Shown here: positions 39,396-52,200 of the stretch, in pieces
How the letters are laid out: the number at the start of each line of letters is the position of its first letter
Numbering within the stretch: the first letter of the stretch is position 1
Assembly (NCBI GenBank): GCA_951406725.2
Contig: OX597820.1
Span: 47,306,001 to 47,370,000 of the forward strand
Direction of reading: 5' to 3'
Origin: Octopus vulgaris
Lineage: Eukaryota
Length of the DNA: 64,000 nt
The notes under the pieces: generated by a model
Seen by the model: only the letters and a program-made list of their open reading frames with translations
Told to the model about the DNA's origin: nothing
Databases searched by the model: none
Program-made: the position numbers and the translations under genes

Positions 39396-39399
<4 letters not shown>

Positions 39400-39427
<28 letters not shown>

Positions 39428-40318
39428 ATCTTTACACATATATACGACGGGCCTCCTTTAGCCTCCGTCCACCAAATCCACCCACAAGGCCTTGGACGGC
39501 CCGAGGCCATGTAGGAGCACTACCTTGGAGAATTTTTAATCAAACGGGTCGACCCCAGTACTTATTATTTTCTTTTAAAGCTTAGTCGTTATTCTATAGG
39601 CCTCGTTTGCCGAACTGCTAAGTTGCGGGAACGTAAATACACCAATACCGGTTCTCAAGCGGTGATGGGGAACACACACACACACAGACATGACGGGCTT
39701 CTTTCAGTTACTATCAACCAAATCCACTCACAAGGCTACGCAGTGGGATTGAACCCTGAACTCTGGTTGTGAAGCAAATCCTTACCATACAGCCACTCCT
39801 GCACCTAAAACTGGATGTTGTCGGTCAAATGACTATGCGGGACACACAGATACACGTAATACAAGTGCTGTGAACGGATATTTACTTGTAGATTACTTGT
39901 CTCAAGTTTCTTATTAAAATTGAAGTTGACTCTTTAAGAGACATTCGAAATGTCGCCAAAAGATAATATAGAAATAATTCAATAAAAATAAAAAAAAGAG
40001 ACTTCCATATGCATCGGCCGGGAATCGAACCCGGGCCGCCCGCGTGGCAGGCGAGCATTCTACCACTGAACCACCGATGCTGACACTTAGATGTTTCATT
40101 AAATATATTTAAATCATCAGTGATGTTATCTAAATCATTTAATTCTAGTGAAAAGAGCTAGGGGAAGACAACTTTTAATTAAAATCAGATAACTATGAAA
40201 TGCGGTGGTGTACGGGTCTGATACTTTACTGTACGGTGATACCTCCACTCCAGACATACTTCCGTCAACTGGACCTCCTTAATGATTTCAAATTTTGACA
40301 CATGGCCAAAAGTTTTGG
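39400..40318 (-). repeat. Inverted copy of the tRNA-Gly cassette (copy 3)
   Basis: 39400-40150 is the reverse complement of 34048-34790; 40151-40318 is shared with copy 4 only. Confidence 0.9.
40010..40080 (-). tRNA. tRNA-Gly(GCC), copy 3
   Basis: Exact reverse complement of copy 1; oligo-T terminator appears as an A-run near 39990. Confidence 0.98.
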
Positions 40319-40319
40319 T

Positions 40320-41960
40320 TAATGTTTATTTAACAAAAAAAAAAAAAATAAAGAAAAAAACGTGTGTGAAAAAATGTATGAAACAAATATGAAAAAAAAA
40401 ATGCGCGCAAAGCAACGAGAGGTTGGGAAGAGGACTTTCGAAAAATTCACAAGGTCCGATTTTCCCCCCATAACTTTGAGGAAAATGATATCTTTTAATG
40501 AAATTTTATATAAATACCTTTCAAACGGCATACATTGCGGTTATAAAGAAATTTGTGAGGAAAATCTTTTCCGATGGGATGGGGAGATGACTTTCGAAGA
40601 GAGAGAAATTCATAAATTATATTTTTGCCTGAGTGTAATGGAAAAAAGTTTGAAAAAAAAATTTCGATTCATTTTTTTGTTTTGTTTGAGCAACAGAAAA
40701 ATTAAAAAAAAAAATATCCCATATATTAGGCGCAGGAGTGGCTGTGTGGTAAGTAGCTTGATTACCAACCACATAGTTCCGGGTTCAGTCCCACTGCGTG
40801 GCACCTTGGTCAAGTGTCTTCTACTATAGCCTCGGACCGTGAGTGGATTTGGTAGACGGAAACTGAAAGAAGCCCGTCGTATATATGTGTGTGTGCATGT
40901 ATGATGTGTGTCTGTGTTTGTCCCCTAGCATTGCTTGACAACCGATGCTGGTGTGTTTATGTCCCCGTAACTTAGCGGTTCAGCAAAAGACACCGATAGA
41001 ATAAGTACAAGGCTTACAAAGAATAAGTTCCGGGGTCGAGTTGCTCGACTAAAGGCGGCGCTCCAGCATGGCCGCAGTCAAATGACTGAAACAGAACAAG
41101 AAAAAGAGTAAAGAGTATCATGGTGAGAGAAACAAATTCATAAATATGGTGTTGAATATGGTTTCACTATAGGAAAAAGTTAAGGGCGATTTAGCTGTTG
41201 CTTTTAGCATATTTCACGACCCTCTGATACCTTCCTTATTTACTTAATATTTTCGGTTAATTACTACAAGTTCTCTCAGTTACCAATAAGATCTGTATAA
41301 ACTTAATTAGGGTGGGTGGGTAAAAATGTTTTACAGAATAAAAAATGCGTCAACGTACCTTTAAAGAGTTATTGGTGAACGACATCAAGAACCGGTATAC
41401 ATTCTTACGTGTCATCAGGAACATGGGTATAGTCTTGCAGCCCCCAAAAGAAACTTATGAAGTCGCTGAGTTGACGGTATGAAAAGTAACCGAGCGACAT
41501 ATTGTTTCAAGTAGCTTGATTTCATTCCGAGTCAGACAATACAATTTCTCAGGCTTCCCAATAAACGCTCAGTATTTTGAATGTGAATTGAAAGCTATGC
41601 GATTTGAAAGGTATTTATATAAAATTTCATTAAAGGATATCCATATTCCTCAAAGCTTTTTTGGGGAAAATCAAATCTTGTTAATTTTCTGAAAGTCCTC
41701 TCTCCACCCCATTGGAAAAGATTTTCCCCACAAATTTCTTTATAACCTTAATGTATGTCTTTTGAAAGGTATTTACATAAAATTTCATTTAAAAAATCCC
41801 CATTTTCCTAAAAGTTATGAAGGAAAAACTCGGATCTTGTAAATTTTCCGAAAGTCCTCTCCCCACCCTCCCATTGCTTTGCGAGCATTTTTCTTTAATA
41901 TTTGTTTCATACACATCTTTTTTACACCCGTTGCACTATTTTTTTTTTTTTTGTTTTCGT
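40320..41960. repeat. Inverted repeat arms (~40340-40580 / ~41710-41950), related to the 46-47 kb family
   Basis: Shared cataacttt..gaaaat..atat....aatgaaatttt module. Confidence 0.7.
40729..41115 (+). mobile_element. SINE family A
   Basis: Match to 3520-3900. Confidence 0.85.
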
Positions 41961-41969
41961 TTCCGGGCA

Positions 41970-42690
41970 ATATTACACCAACACCGATTGTCAAGCGGTG
42001 GTGGGGAACACACACACACAAACACACACACACACACATACACGGACACACACACATATGACGGGCTTCTTTCAGTTACCATCAACCAAATCCACCCACA
42101 AGGCTCCGCAGTGGGATTGAACCTTGAACACTGGTTGTGAAGCAAACCCTTACCATACAGCCACTCCTGCACCTAAAACTGGATGTTGTCAGTCAAATGA
42201 CTATGCGGGACACACAAACATAGACCCACACGTAATAGAATACAAGTGCTGTGAATGAATATTACTTGTCTCAAGTTTCTGATTAAAATTGAAGTTGACT
42301 CTTTCAGAGACATTCGAAATGTCGCCAAAAGATAATATAGAAATAACTCAATAAAAATAAAAATAGACTTTCATATGCATCGGCCGGGAATCGAACCCGG
42401 GCCGCCCGCGTGGCAGGCGAGCATTCTACCACTGAACCACCGATGCTGACAGTATGATTCCTCATTAAATATATTTAAATCATCAGTGATGTTATCTAAA
42501 TCATTTAATTCTAGTGAAAAAAGCTAGGGGAAGACAACTTTTAATTAAAATCAGATAACTAGGAAATGCAGTGGTGTGTGGGTCCGATACTTGACTGTAC
42601 GGTGATACCTCCACTCCAGACATGCTTCCGTCAACTGGACCTCCTTAACAAACAATGATTTCGAATTTTGACATAGGGCCAAAAGCTTTT
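41970..42690 (-). repeat. Inverted copy of the tRNA-Gly cassette (copy 4)
   Basis: Direct repeat of ~39635-40318. Confidence 0.9.
42376..42446 (-). tRNA. tRNA-Gly(GCC), copy 4
   Basis: Exact reverse complement of copy 1; oligo-T terminator appears as an A-run near 42360. Confidence 0.98.
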
Positions 42691-42940
42691 TTTTAGGGGA
42701 GAAGGAAGTAGATTACATCGACCCCAGTACTTGACTGGCACTTAATCTATCGACCCCGAAAGGATGAAAGGCAAAATCGACCTCAGCGGAATTTGAGCTC
42801 AGAACTTAAAAATAAACAAAATGCCGCTAATCTTTTTGTTCGGAGTGCTAAGGATCCTGCCAGCTTGCTATCTCTTTAGCTAATAATAGCATTATCGTTA
42901 TTTAGGTGACTATAGATGTATATATGTATAGATGTATATG

Positions 42941-43245
42941 GAATATACATTGCATTAGATGTATTAGACGATTACTGTTTCACTCCTGTGACCGGGTGTT
43001 GAGGTTTAGCGCTCGGATTCTGTACAGTTGATCGTGTGAATTTTCCGAGCCCCCCCCCCCGTTTTTCAGCGTGTATTTTTTTCTTAATATTTGTTGAATA
43101 TACATTGCATTAGAAGTATCAGACGATTGCTGTTTCACTCCAGTGACCGGGTGTTGAGGTTTAGCGCTCGGATTCTGTACGGTTGATCGTGTGAATTTTC
43201 CGAGCTCCTCCCCGCACCCGTTTGTCAGCGCGCATTTTTTCATCA
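42941..43245 (+). repeat. 155-bp tandem duplication
   Basis: gaatatacattgcattaga...gtgaattttccgagc begins at both 42941 and 43096. Confidence 0.88.
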
Positions 43246-43949
43246 TATTCCTTTAATATACGGTGCATTACAACTGTTACACATTTTCGTTTCCATTTTT
43301 CCCACCGGGTGCGGATCTAGATATTAACCGAATTGTTTCGAAAGAACATAGAGTAGCGTTACATCACAAAGACAGACATTGGACAAAAATAACGCACCTC
43401 CCGCCAAAACACCCCCCCACCAAAAAAACAAACAAAAAACAAAAGTAAAACAGATGCTATTGTATGAATAATTAAATGAGTTAAAATTCTTTGATTTAAC
43501 ACATCAAATATACCACCATCGACTTCCCTTTTACGATTTTTATGCAACGTATGTCTCTTTAAGATTCAAGGTGTACAGATGCAGCGCTTACAGCGTTTCC
43601 AAGATCAAGAAGCGTGGTGAAGTTGATGTTGAGCTCTTAGTGACAGTAAGACTGCATTATTAATGCTTCTATTATGGATAAAGAGAACGGGAGGATTCAT
43701 AATCATCACTGTAAATTAATGAAGCACTGAACAGTCTTGTAGTGCTACCTCTGCTTACAACAGCAAGCATTTCCTTTCCATGGTGTCTTCTTATAACTAA
43801 GTGAAGTAGGTTATTGAATATTTTGGTCAAGGACTTAGTGCAATACCGATGGATTGTTACCCGATACTTTATTGATTCAGCCACGAACGATTTTAGTCCT
43901 CCAATTAGCAGAATATTTACTGTCCCATGTTTAATAGCATAAAAGGCTC

Positions 43950-44640
43950 CACTGTACTAAACCACTAAACTGAGAGCATTGCCATTCAATAAAGGTACAG
44001 CTATCAATCTAAAGGCATCACCATTTAATTAAGGACACTAGCTTTAAACTGAGGGTACCATTAAGCTATGAGAACCACTTTTAAACAAAAGTACCATCAT
44101 TAAACTAAGAACACTACCTTTAAATTCTGACTTTACAATTATATTAAGAGTACTGCTATTAAATAAAAGACTTTACCGTTAAACTAAGGGACTACCATTA
44201 ATCTGAGACACTACCATGAGACCGAAGACGCTACCATTAAACCAAGGGTATTAATATTAAACTGAATGCACCATCATTAAACTGAAGGCAGTGCCATTAA
44301 ACTGAAGGTGCTACCTAAAATGATGAGCTCTACCATTAAACCGATAGTATTACTATGAAGCTGAGGTACTATCATTAAGTTGAAGGCACTACCATTAAAC
44401 TAAGGCCACTCCATTAAAATGAAAGTAATGTCCTTAAACTGTAGGCATTAGCATTAACTTTGAAACGTTACAGTTCAACTGAAGATATTACCATTAAACT
44501 TAAGGCATTATCATTAAATTGAAGGTATAACACTTAAACGCTGCCATTCAACTGAAAGTATTACCATTACACCTAAGGCATTACCATTAAACTATGACAC
44601 CATTACACTGAGAGTTCTACTACTAAACTGAAGGCATTAG
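43950..44640 (+). repeat. Degenerate 20-bp minisatellite, consensus ~cactaccattaaactgaagg
   Basis: cattaaac recurs with 20-nt spacing, about 33 units. Confidence 0.8.
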
Positions 44641-44853
44641 TATGAATTATAAAATACGCTAAATCTCTTGACGCATGGCGGTTTACAATCACTAAATTAA
44701 AAAAAAAAAACATTTTTCAACTAACAGACAGGGCGAAAGTTAATGGCAATGAAATATTTTCTCCAGAAACACAGACATATACAAACACATGCTCACACAC
44801 GCATGTAGACATACACGCATACATACACATGCACATACAAATTTATAAATGTA

Positions 44854-46030
44854 CTAGCAGAAATACTCGGCGTTGCTCGGGTTAAAGAAAAATAATGAAA
44901 TTTAAAAATGCCTTTTATATCTCTAACATGAAACATACCACGCAGATCTTATCTCATAGTAGCTGAGATACCAACTTTATGCATTAATAACCCGGCGTTT
45001 CCCAGGTTATTGAAAATAATGAAATTTAAGTATGCCTTTTAAAATGAAACGTGGATTATGCAGTTCTCAATAGTAACTAGCTGAGGTACAAACTATTAAT
45101 GTCAATAACATGTTTTATCCGATGTTCTTACTGTTAAAATTGTTAAAAAAACCAGATAGTTCTTTGTCTTTGGAATCATCTTCAATTGTCAGTACTTATT
45201 TGAAACACGTTGAAGTTGAAAGTGCATAAATTTGAGAAGAACCGGCCTGCGGGCGCTCCCCTCCTGTAAATAAGCACATTTAACAAAAATTCTATCAGAT
45301 GACGTGAGTATAAATAAATGTATTGAAACAAATTCGGAAATCAATCACAGTTTAATTATCAAGAGCTTCTAAATATACGATGTTTTGAGTGTGTCCTTTA
45401 ATTGGTGCATAAATGAAAAGGTTTTGGGGACTTCCAACTTGCGAACATCCCACTTATAATTGCCCATGAGAGAAACAAGACGAAGCCCAACAACCTTGAC
45501 AGACTGTGCTTGAGACTTGTTTATTGACATAGCAAAACTTAAAGTCACTGGGAACTGGAATCGTTTAGATTCAAAGGGGAGGTCATATGGGATTAACGAG
45601 ATCCGTGAAATGAAGACAACCTCTTCCCAGTCATAATTGTTGTTTCTAGGACATGGGGTTGCATCACATTCACCATTTCACCACCAGTCTGGTGCCATTG
45701 CACAGACAAAGTGGATCCAGAATTCCTGAGCAGCATGATTGGGGGACCTCTTTTTAAGTGTTAAGTGGCGATGTAGCATCCCAGATGGCTGAAGAGAGTT
45801 CAGAAACTCAACTGGAAAAACTGATCAATCACAGTTTCGAGGGATTTGAAAGACTGTTTTTGTCCGGGCAACAGCTGCAAGAGATTCTAGTTGATTTTCT
45901 TGACAGCATCGTTACGTGGATCTAAGATTGCTCGCTCATAGAGCCATTGACTGTTGCTAAAGTTTTGTGCAATGTTTGGGAGCACATGCATTATGAGATC
46001 ATTGACAGTTGGTACCATCTCACCACAGGC
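44854..46030 (-). mobile_element. Helitron remnant: PIF1-helicase C-terminal part and 3' terminus
   Basis: Decayed [60 protein letters not shown]. 3' hairpin ccgagcaacgccgag followed by CTAG|T at 44854. Confidence 0.88.
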
Positions 46031-47320
46031 TTTCTGTCCCCACCCCCGATTTTGGATGATCATAACTTTCAGAAAAATGGATATTCTTCAATGAAATTTT
46101 CTACGAATATGTGTTATATTATGTAAATTCCGAATATACAAAATGTTTTTGGGAAAAGTGTTTTAGGAGGGGTGGGGAGGATTTTCGGAAAATTCACCGG
46201 AGTCCACTTCAATTCGTCTTAACTTTCAGGAAAATGGATATTTCTTAATGAAATTATCTACAAGTATACCTCGGACTGTGTAGATTCCAAGCATGTAAGA
46301 GTTTTGGGGAAAACAACTGAGGGTTATTTTTGCGAACTGTTCCCCACTCGGGAGTGTTTCGGAACAAGTCGTCCATATTTGCTCCAGATTCTCGGTTCTG
46401 TGCGTTTGTGCATCCGTATAAAACACTTGATCCTAGTCGTAAAATTTTGGGAAAAAAACGGAAAAGTTAAGGAGGTGGGTGTATTAAAAAAATCAAAAGG
46501 ATTTTTTTTTGCATATTCAGAATCTCCGTTGGAGACAACGTCGGAATCAGTGGAAAAAAAAAAAGCACAAAGGGGTGGCATGCTCATTTTGAGTGTCCTC
46601 ACACACACACACACATATAATGAAAAATGTTCAAACGTGGAATTATTCCATTCAATATCTTGTTTATTAAAGAGATTATGTAACAAATTATACTTTACGC
46701 TTCTATATTTAACTGTGCGTGTATATTCCTTATTTTTGCTTCTTGTGTCTTCTGCCTTTCTATTAGAACCGTTTACCTGGGAATTTACATGAAGTAAAAA
46801 AAAATCGTATACAACAGATAAGTCATCTTAACATATATCTGTGTACCAGACAATTAGTTGTTATTCTTTAGCATGAGTCTTCTGGTGAGGGCTTCATTTA
46901 CCTTCATTGTCTGTTGCTTCAGTAGAAATCTACGGATGCACAAACGCACAAAACAGAGAAAATGTAACTAATATGGACGACTTGTTCCGAAACACCCCCG
47001 AGTAGGGAATAGTTCTCAAAAATAACCTCCAGTTGTTCCCCGCTCCCAATTCCTATATGCTCTGAATCTACATAGTCCGAGGTATATTTGTAGACAATTT
47101 CATTTTAAAATATCCATTTTTTTGAAAGTTAAACGAATTGAAGTGGACTCCGGTGAATTTTCCGAAAATCCTCTTCCACCCCTCCTAAAACACTTCCCCC
47201 CCCCCATAATTTTGTAGATTCGGAATCTACATGATATAAGACATATTCGTAGAAAATTTAATTAAAAAAATATCCATTTTTCTGAAAGTTATGATCATCC
47301 AAATTTCGGAGGGGCAGAAA
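46031..47320. repeat. ~390-bp inverted repeat arms (46031-46420 / 46930-47320)
   Basis: Arms align as reverse complements, roughly 80% identical by eye. Confidence 0.85.
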
Positions 47321-47428
47321 TCTCTAGTTATGCCCTGTTGACAACTGATCAATTAAATGAAATCTCCATATGAAATTTTTTTTCTCTCTCGCTCTCTCAC
47401 GCACACACACTCACAGGTATATATCTGA

Positions 47429-47825
47429 CTAGCAGTATCGCCCGGCGTTGCTCGGGTTTGTAAGGGAAATAACTATATAAGCATTTTTAGAGAGTTATAG
47501 CCAAAAAATAGCAAAAAAATGCATTAAAAATGGGAAAAAAATTATGGTAAATTTTTTTTTAAATCGTTGACTCATCGTAGACATTTTTAGAGAGTTACTT
47601 CCCTTATATAATAGCGGAAAAATGCATTAAAATGGAAAAAAATGATGGTAATTTTTTTTAAAATCGTAGACTCATCGTAGACGCGCGCTAATACCCAGAA
47701 GTGCTCGATATGAATCACGACTATAAGATACCCGGTTTTGGTTAAACTGCACCGCAAAATGTGGGAGTAGTCAGGAATCTAAATCGTAAGAGACAGACAC
47801 ACAGCTTCACTTTTATATATAAAGA
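47429..47825 (-). mobile_element. Complete non-autonomous mini-Helitron
   Basis: Minus strand A|TCtttatatataaaagtg at the 5' end; hairpin cccgagcaacgccggg plus CTAG|T at the 3' end; A^T insertion site with no TSD. Confidence 0.82.
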
Positions 47826-49099
47826 TATATCTAACACAAATAGAAAGCCGGAGAAGAATATTAAAAATGAAAGTAACTTTAGACATTCTTTTTTATCCGA
47901 GACCGTCACAAATATAATGATGTATACCTACGTGTGTGTGTGTGTGTGTAAATAGCTTTTTACTTAGTTACTTTGTTGACATTGGTAAAACTGTTACACA
48001 AAAGTGTTAATAAGTCGATTTGCGCCAAGAATAATCATATGGGATTTAAATTTCGAAATATCAAGTCTTAATAAGGCGACTCGTTCCAAAAAAAAAAAAA
48101 TGTCCGAAATATGTATTGGAAAATCAATGTACAATATACAATAATTAAATGAGAATTTAATTAATTAAGAAAAAGGCGTCTATGTCCGTATGAAATTTTT
48201 TTTTCTGACATAAAAGTACATTTAGAAATTTTTTTTTCTGACATAAAAGTACATTTAGAAATTCTTTTTTTTATCAGAAATCTTCACAACTGCAATGGTG
48301 TATACATACGAGTGGGTGTAAACAGCTGGATAGGACGCCAAAGACAGGAAGTTCAGACACAGGAAGTTGAGGAAAAGATTTAAAGAAGTGAATCTTTATA
48401 TATATAGAGCAATATTATTTATTCTTAAAAACAAAAAAAAAAAAAAATCAAGACCGTGTTATTCTTTTCAAGGTCAAATTATTTATGTACCCCGAGTATG
48501 GTACAGATTGATTCAGAGGATTGAGTTACATTGAGGACACACACATATTAAGATAATTGTATGTTGTGTGTACATACATATAATCCACCAAGAAAGCACC
48601 AGGAAGAGCTTTGAAGGCACAAGAGAATTTGGTTGCTTGCTCATGTTACGGTTCTGTAGAAGACAGAAGAAGAGGTAAATAATTTGAGCTCGAATGCTGC
48701 GATTTCATTGGTTAAAATTCGTAAAAATTAAACTACGTTTAAGTTACGAATAACAATTTTGTTTTCAATTTTGTTTACAATAATGTTTTCTTTGACACAT
48801 TCTACCAGTATACGAAGTTTCAAATTGTTTAGTTAACTAGGAAAATCTGGCCTTCAAAAAGAAAAGATCCAAATCACATAATTAATTTGTAAGCTTAGTA
48901 CTTACCGTACAGTAAGTATCTTTATTATGATCATGGTGATCTCACAGGACAAACAAAAGACAAGAATGTTACATGAGTTCGCATGATATAATTATTAAAA
49001 ATTTACTTAAATAATATGTATTTTATATATCATTTGAATTTTCCTTTAAATAGAACTTTGATTTAAAATGAAACTAAATCAAAGAAAAACACGAACAAA

Positions 49100-49345
49100 A
49101 GGTTAAGGGTCGCACCTGGCAGCCTGTAAAGCCCAGCAACGAACTTTCCCTTTCCTCAATGATTAAGCTGGGTTACTAACACCTACCTTTCTCATCACAT
49201 CCTTCCATCGTTTCTCGAATACTCTCGGTGACAGGGTCCTCCTCTCCAACCCCATCTTGTTCTTCAGATGGTATCTGAAGTAGGTCAGTAAACAGAGGCC
49301 TGAGATGAAAGACCCTTTCACAGCACCTTCCATTCTCCTTACCGT
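49100..49345 (-). mobile_element. Tx1/L1-like ORF2 C-terminal fragment
   Basis: FISGLCLLTYFRYHLKNKMGLERRTLSPRVFEKRW resembles the terminal F...W segment of Tx1-type ORF2. Confidence 0.45.
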
Positions 49346-49726
49346 ACAGTACGTGATGGCAGTTAATTTTCCAATCAAATAAAGAAAATCATATTTTCAT
49401 CAAATGAAAAAAAAAAAATTGCCGACACTATTTGTTGGTTGTTACTTTTTATGGAAGTGTTACTTTTTTTCGGGAGGAGGTCGAGGTTTTGAACTCAAAA
49501 TGTCACCGATTCGAAATAAATACTACAGGGTATCCTGTCCGATGCTCTGACAATTCTGCCAATCCACTGCTTTGGAACAGGTAATTTTCTTCTTTTTTTT
49601 ATCGACTCTGAAGCCGTGAAAGACAAAGTTTACGTTGGGTGGAATTTGAACTTAGAACGCAGAGAATCGGAACAAATATTGCGAAACATTTCATCCCGAA
49701 ACTCTAACAACTTAGTGTCTTTTATT

Positions 49727-50067
49727 TTTTACTTTGTTTCAGTCTTTGGATTGCAGCCATTTTGGGACATCGCCTTGAAGAATTTTAGTGGACTAAATCG
49801 ACCTCACTTCCTTTATCAGTCTCTTTTACCGAACTGCTAATTTATGGAGACGTAAACACAGCACTACCGGTTGTCAAACAGGGTGAGGGACAAGCAGACA
49901 TCTCCCCACACACACACTATGGACTTTCTACCAAATGCACTCACATGACTTTGGTCAGCTCGAGGGTATAGTAGGAGACACTTGTCCAAGGTGCCACGCA
50001 ATGGGACTGAACCAGGACCCATGTGGTTGAGAAGTAAGCTTCTTACCATACAGTTACACCCGCACCT
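49727..50067 (-). mobile_element. SINE family A
   Basis: Reverse-complement match, diverged. Confidence 0.75.
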
Positions 50068-51036
50068 ATTATACATATAATTATTCAGAGAATTATTTAC
50101 GGCTCATGGTCTCAAGATGGCGAGTTCGATTTCCGTTGGTGCATAATGGCCTTGCGTCAGACATTTTATTTTATGTTACTCTAATCCACTCAGCTGGGAA
50201 AAATGAGTAGTACCGGTATTACATTAAAGGTACGTTTGTTTGTGGAGTGCTTAACCACTTGCTCGTTAATTTCACGAGTATGCTGTTCTGTTAATCGGAT
50301 CATCGTCGCAACTGAGATATGCGCCGATTAAGAGTTTAGATGTACTATACCTGTGAGTCTTCTTAACATACATACGCACTCATACGCGCACACATAGAAA
50401 CACACATACATACGCACACACAAACGCCTGTGCATACATATACGCATGCATACACATACTCGTACACATACACGTGCTCATACACATGAAGATAGCGGAT
50501 TTAACCACTTTGTGCGCTAAATTACTGATGAAGTGTCTCCTCCATCATGGACTCACCAAGCGACGAAGAGCTACAAGTGTGGCAAAACCAGGATTGTATT
50601 TCCAAGAAACAGACGACAATTTAACGGAAAAAGACAGCCACACTGGTGACCGGAGACTCGTGATTGCTCCCATATATACTGCACATTTTGTGGGCTTTTA
50701 TGAGTAAGGAAACTGTAGAAGTGACAGTTCATTGTTGCTGATATTCATGATATACTCATACTACTAAAACTAAAGATCTACTATCTGGGGGTTCAAGACC
50801 CTTACATCACTATGGTAGTGTGGGGCTGACTCATTTTGTTGAAAATAAATCTCTACATTTTCAAAGTTCTCTTGAAAATGTCACATCAAGTACAAATAAA
50901 TAGGACTAGTTACAGTACCGTCAAAAGAGAATTAATCTTTTAATCCTTTAGATCAGGGTTCACCAGACTTTTTTCAGGGCGGGCTAGATTACTGAGAGGA
51001 TGACGAGCGCGGACTACATAACTATGCTGCTTAATA

Positions 51037-51198
51037 GGCGTAGGAGTGGCTGTGTGGTAAGTAGCTTGCTTACCGACCACATGGTTCAGGGTTCAGTCCC
51101 ACTACGCGGCACCTTGGGCAAATGTCTTCTACTATAGCCTCGGGCCGACCAAAGCCTTGTGAGTTGATTTGGTAGACGGAAACTAAAAGAAGCCCGTC

Positions 51199-51242
<44 letters not shown>

Positions 51243-51465
51243 ATGTGTTTGTGTGTCTGTGTTTGTCCTCCCGACATCGCTTGACAACCGCTGCTGGTGT
51301 GTTTACGTCCCCATAACTTAGCGGTTCGGCAAAAGAGACCGATAGAATAAGTACTAGCCTTACAAAGAATAAGTCCTGGGGTCTATTTGCTCGACTAAAG
51401 GTGGTGCTCCAGCATAGCCACAGTCAAATGACTGAAACAAGTAAAAGAGTAAAAGAGTAAAGAGA
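51037..51465 (+). mobile_element. SINE family A nested in the hAT element
   Basis: Full length, with (gtaaaaga)n tail. Confidence 0.88.
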
Positions 51466-51559
51466 ATACACAAAAATAAAGACAACCAACATATTCATTT
51501 ACCAATAAGTTATCAAAGAAGGCAACGTTAGCAATAAGATAGTTATATAACACCCAGTG

Positions 51560-51861
51560 TGGAGGCACATGGTCTAGTGGTTAGAGTAGCGGATTCGCGG
51601 TCGAGGGATCGCGGGTTCGAATCTCAGACCGGGCGATGTGTGTGTTTATGAGTGAAACACCTAAGCTCCACTCGGCTCTGACAGAAGGTAATGGCGAACT
51701 TCTACTGACTCTTTCGCCACAACTTTCTCTCACTCTTTCCTCCAGCATTTTGCAGCTCATCTGCGACGGACCGGCGTCCCGTCCAGGTGGGGAACCTATA
51801 CGCCAAGGAAACCGGGAAACCAGCCCTTAATGAGCCAGGCGTAGCTCGAGAAGGAACAAAC
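51560..51861 (+). mobile_element. SINE family B (tail type 2) nested in the hAT element
   Basis: 13-bp TSD ataacacccagtg (51547-51559 / 51862-51874). Confidence 0.9.
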
Positions 51862-51971
51862 ATAACACCCAGTGCACACATATCCGAATCTCAAAAACCA
51901 AGCAGCAAAACAAGGTTAGTGAGATTCGTGAAACTGGTGTTTAGCCTTTAAGATGTTAATATTTGCTTTTA

Positions 51972-52200
51972 AGGCGGCGAACTGTCAGAAACGTTAGCAC
52001 ATCGGGCGAAATGCGTAGCCGTATTTCATCTGCCGTTACGTTCTGAGTTCAAATTCCGCCGAGGTCGACTTTGCTTTTCATCCTTTCGGGGTCGATTAAA
52101 TAAGTACCAGTTACGCACTGGGGTCGATATAATCGATTTAATCCGTTTGTCTGTCCTTGTTTGTCCCCTCTGTGTTTAGCCCCTTGTGGGTAGTAAGGAA
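51972..52200 (+). mobile_element. SINE family C nested in the hAT element
   Basis: Head plus gaggtcgactttgcttttcatcctttcggggtcgat domain; related copies at ~5410-5630, 27375-27760, 42690-42870 and 49470-49720. Confidence 0.78.

Larger units (their letters stand above)
39178..39397. repeat. 95-bp inverted repeat with 30-bp spacer (Penelope-type inverted pseudo-LTR)
   Basis: Arms 39178-39272 and 39303-39397, about 4 mismatches. Confidence 0.9.

Noticed and set aside
43950-44640. CRISPR-like array (also considered for 15088-15620 and 58400-59140)
   Set aside because: No unique spacers between conserved repeats, no cas genes, and a eukaryotic context.
46304-46792. 162-aa and 120-aa ORFs
   Set aside because: They lie in inverted-repeat arm and spacer DNA with no recognisable domain.
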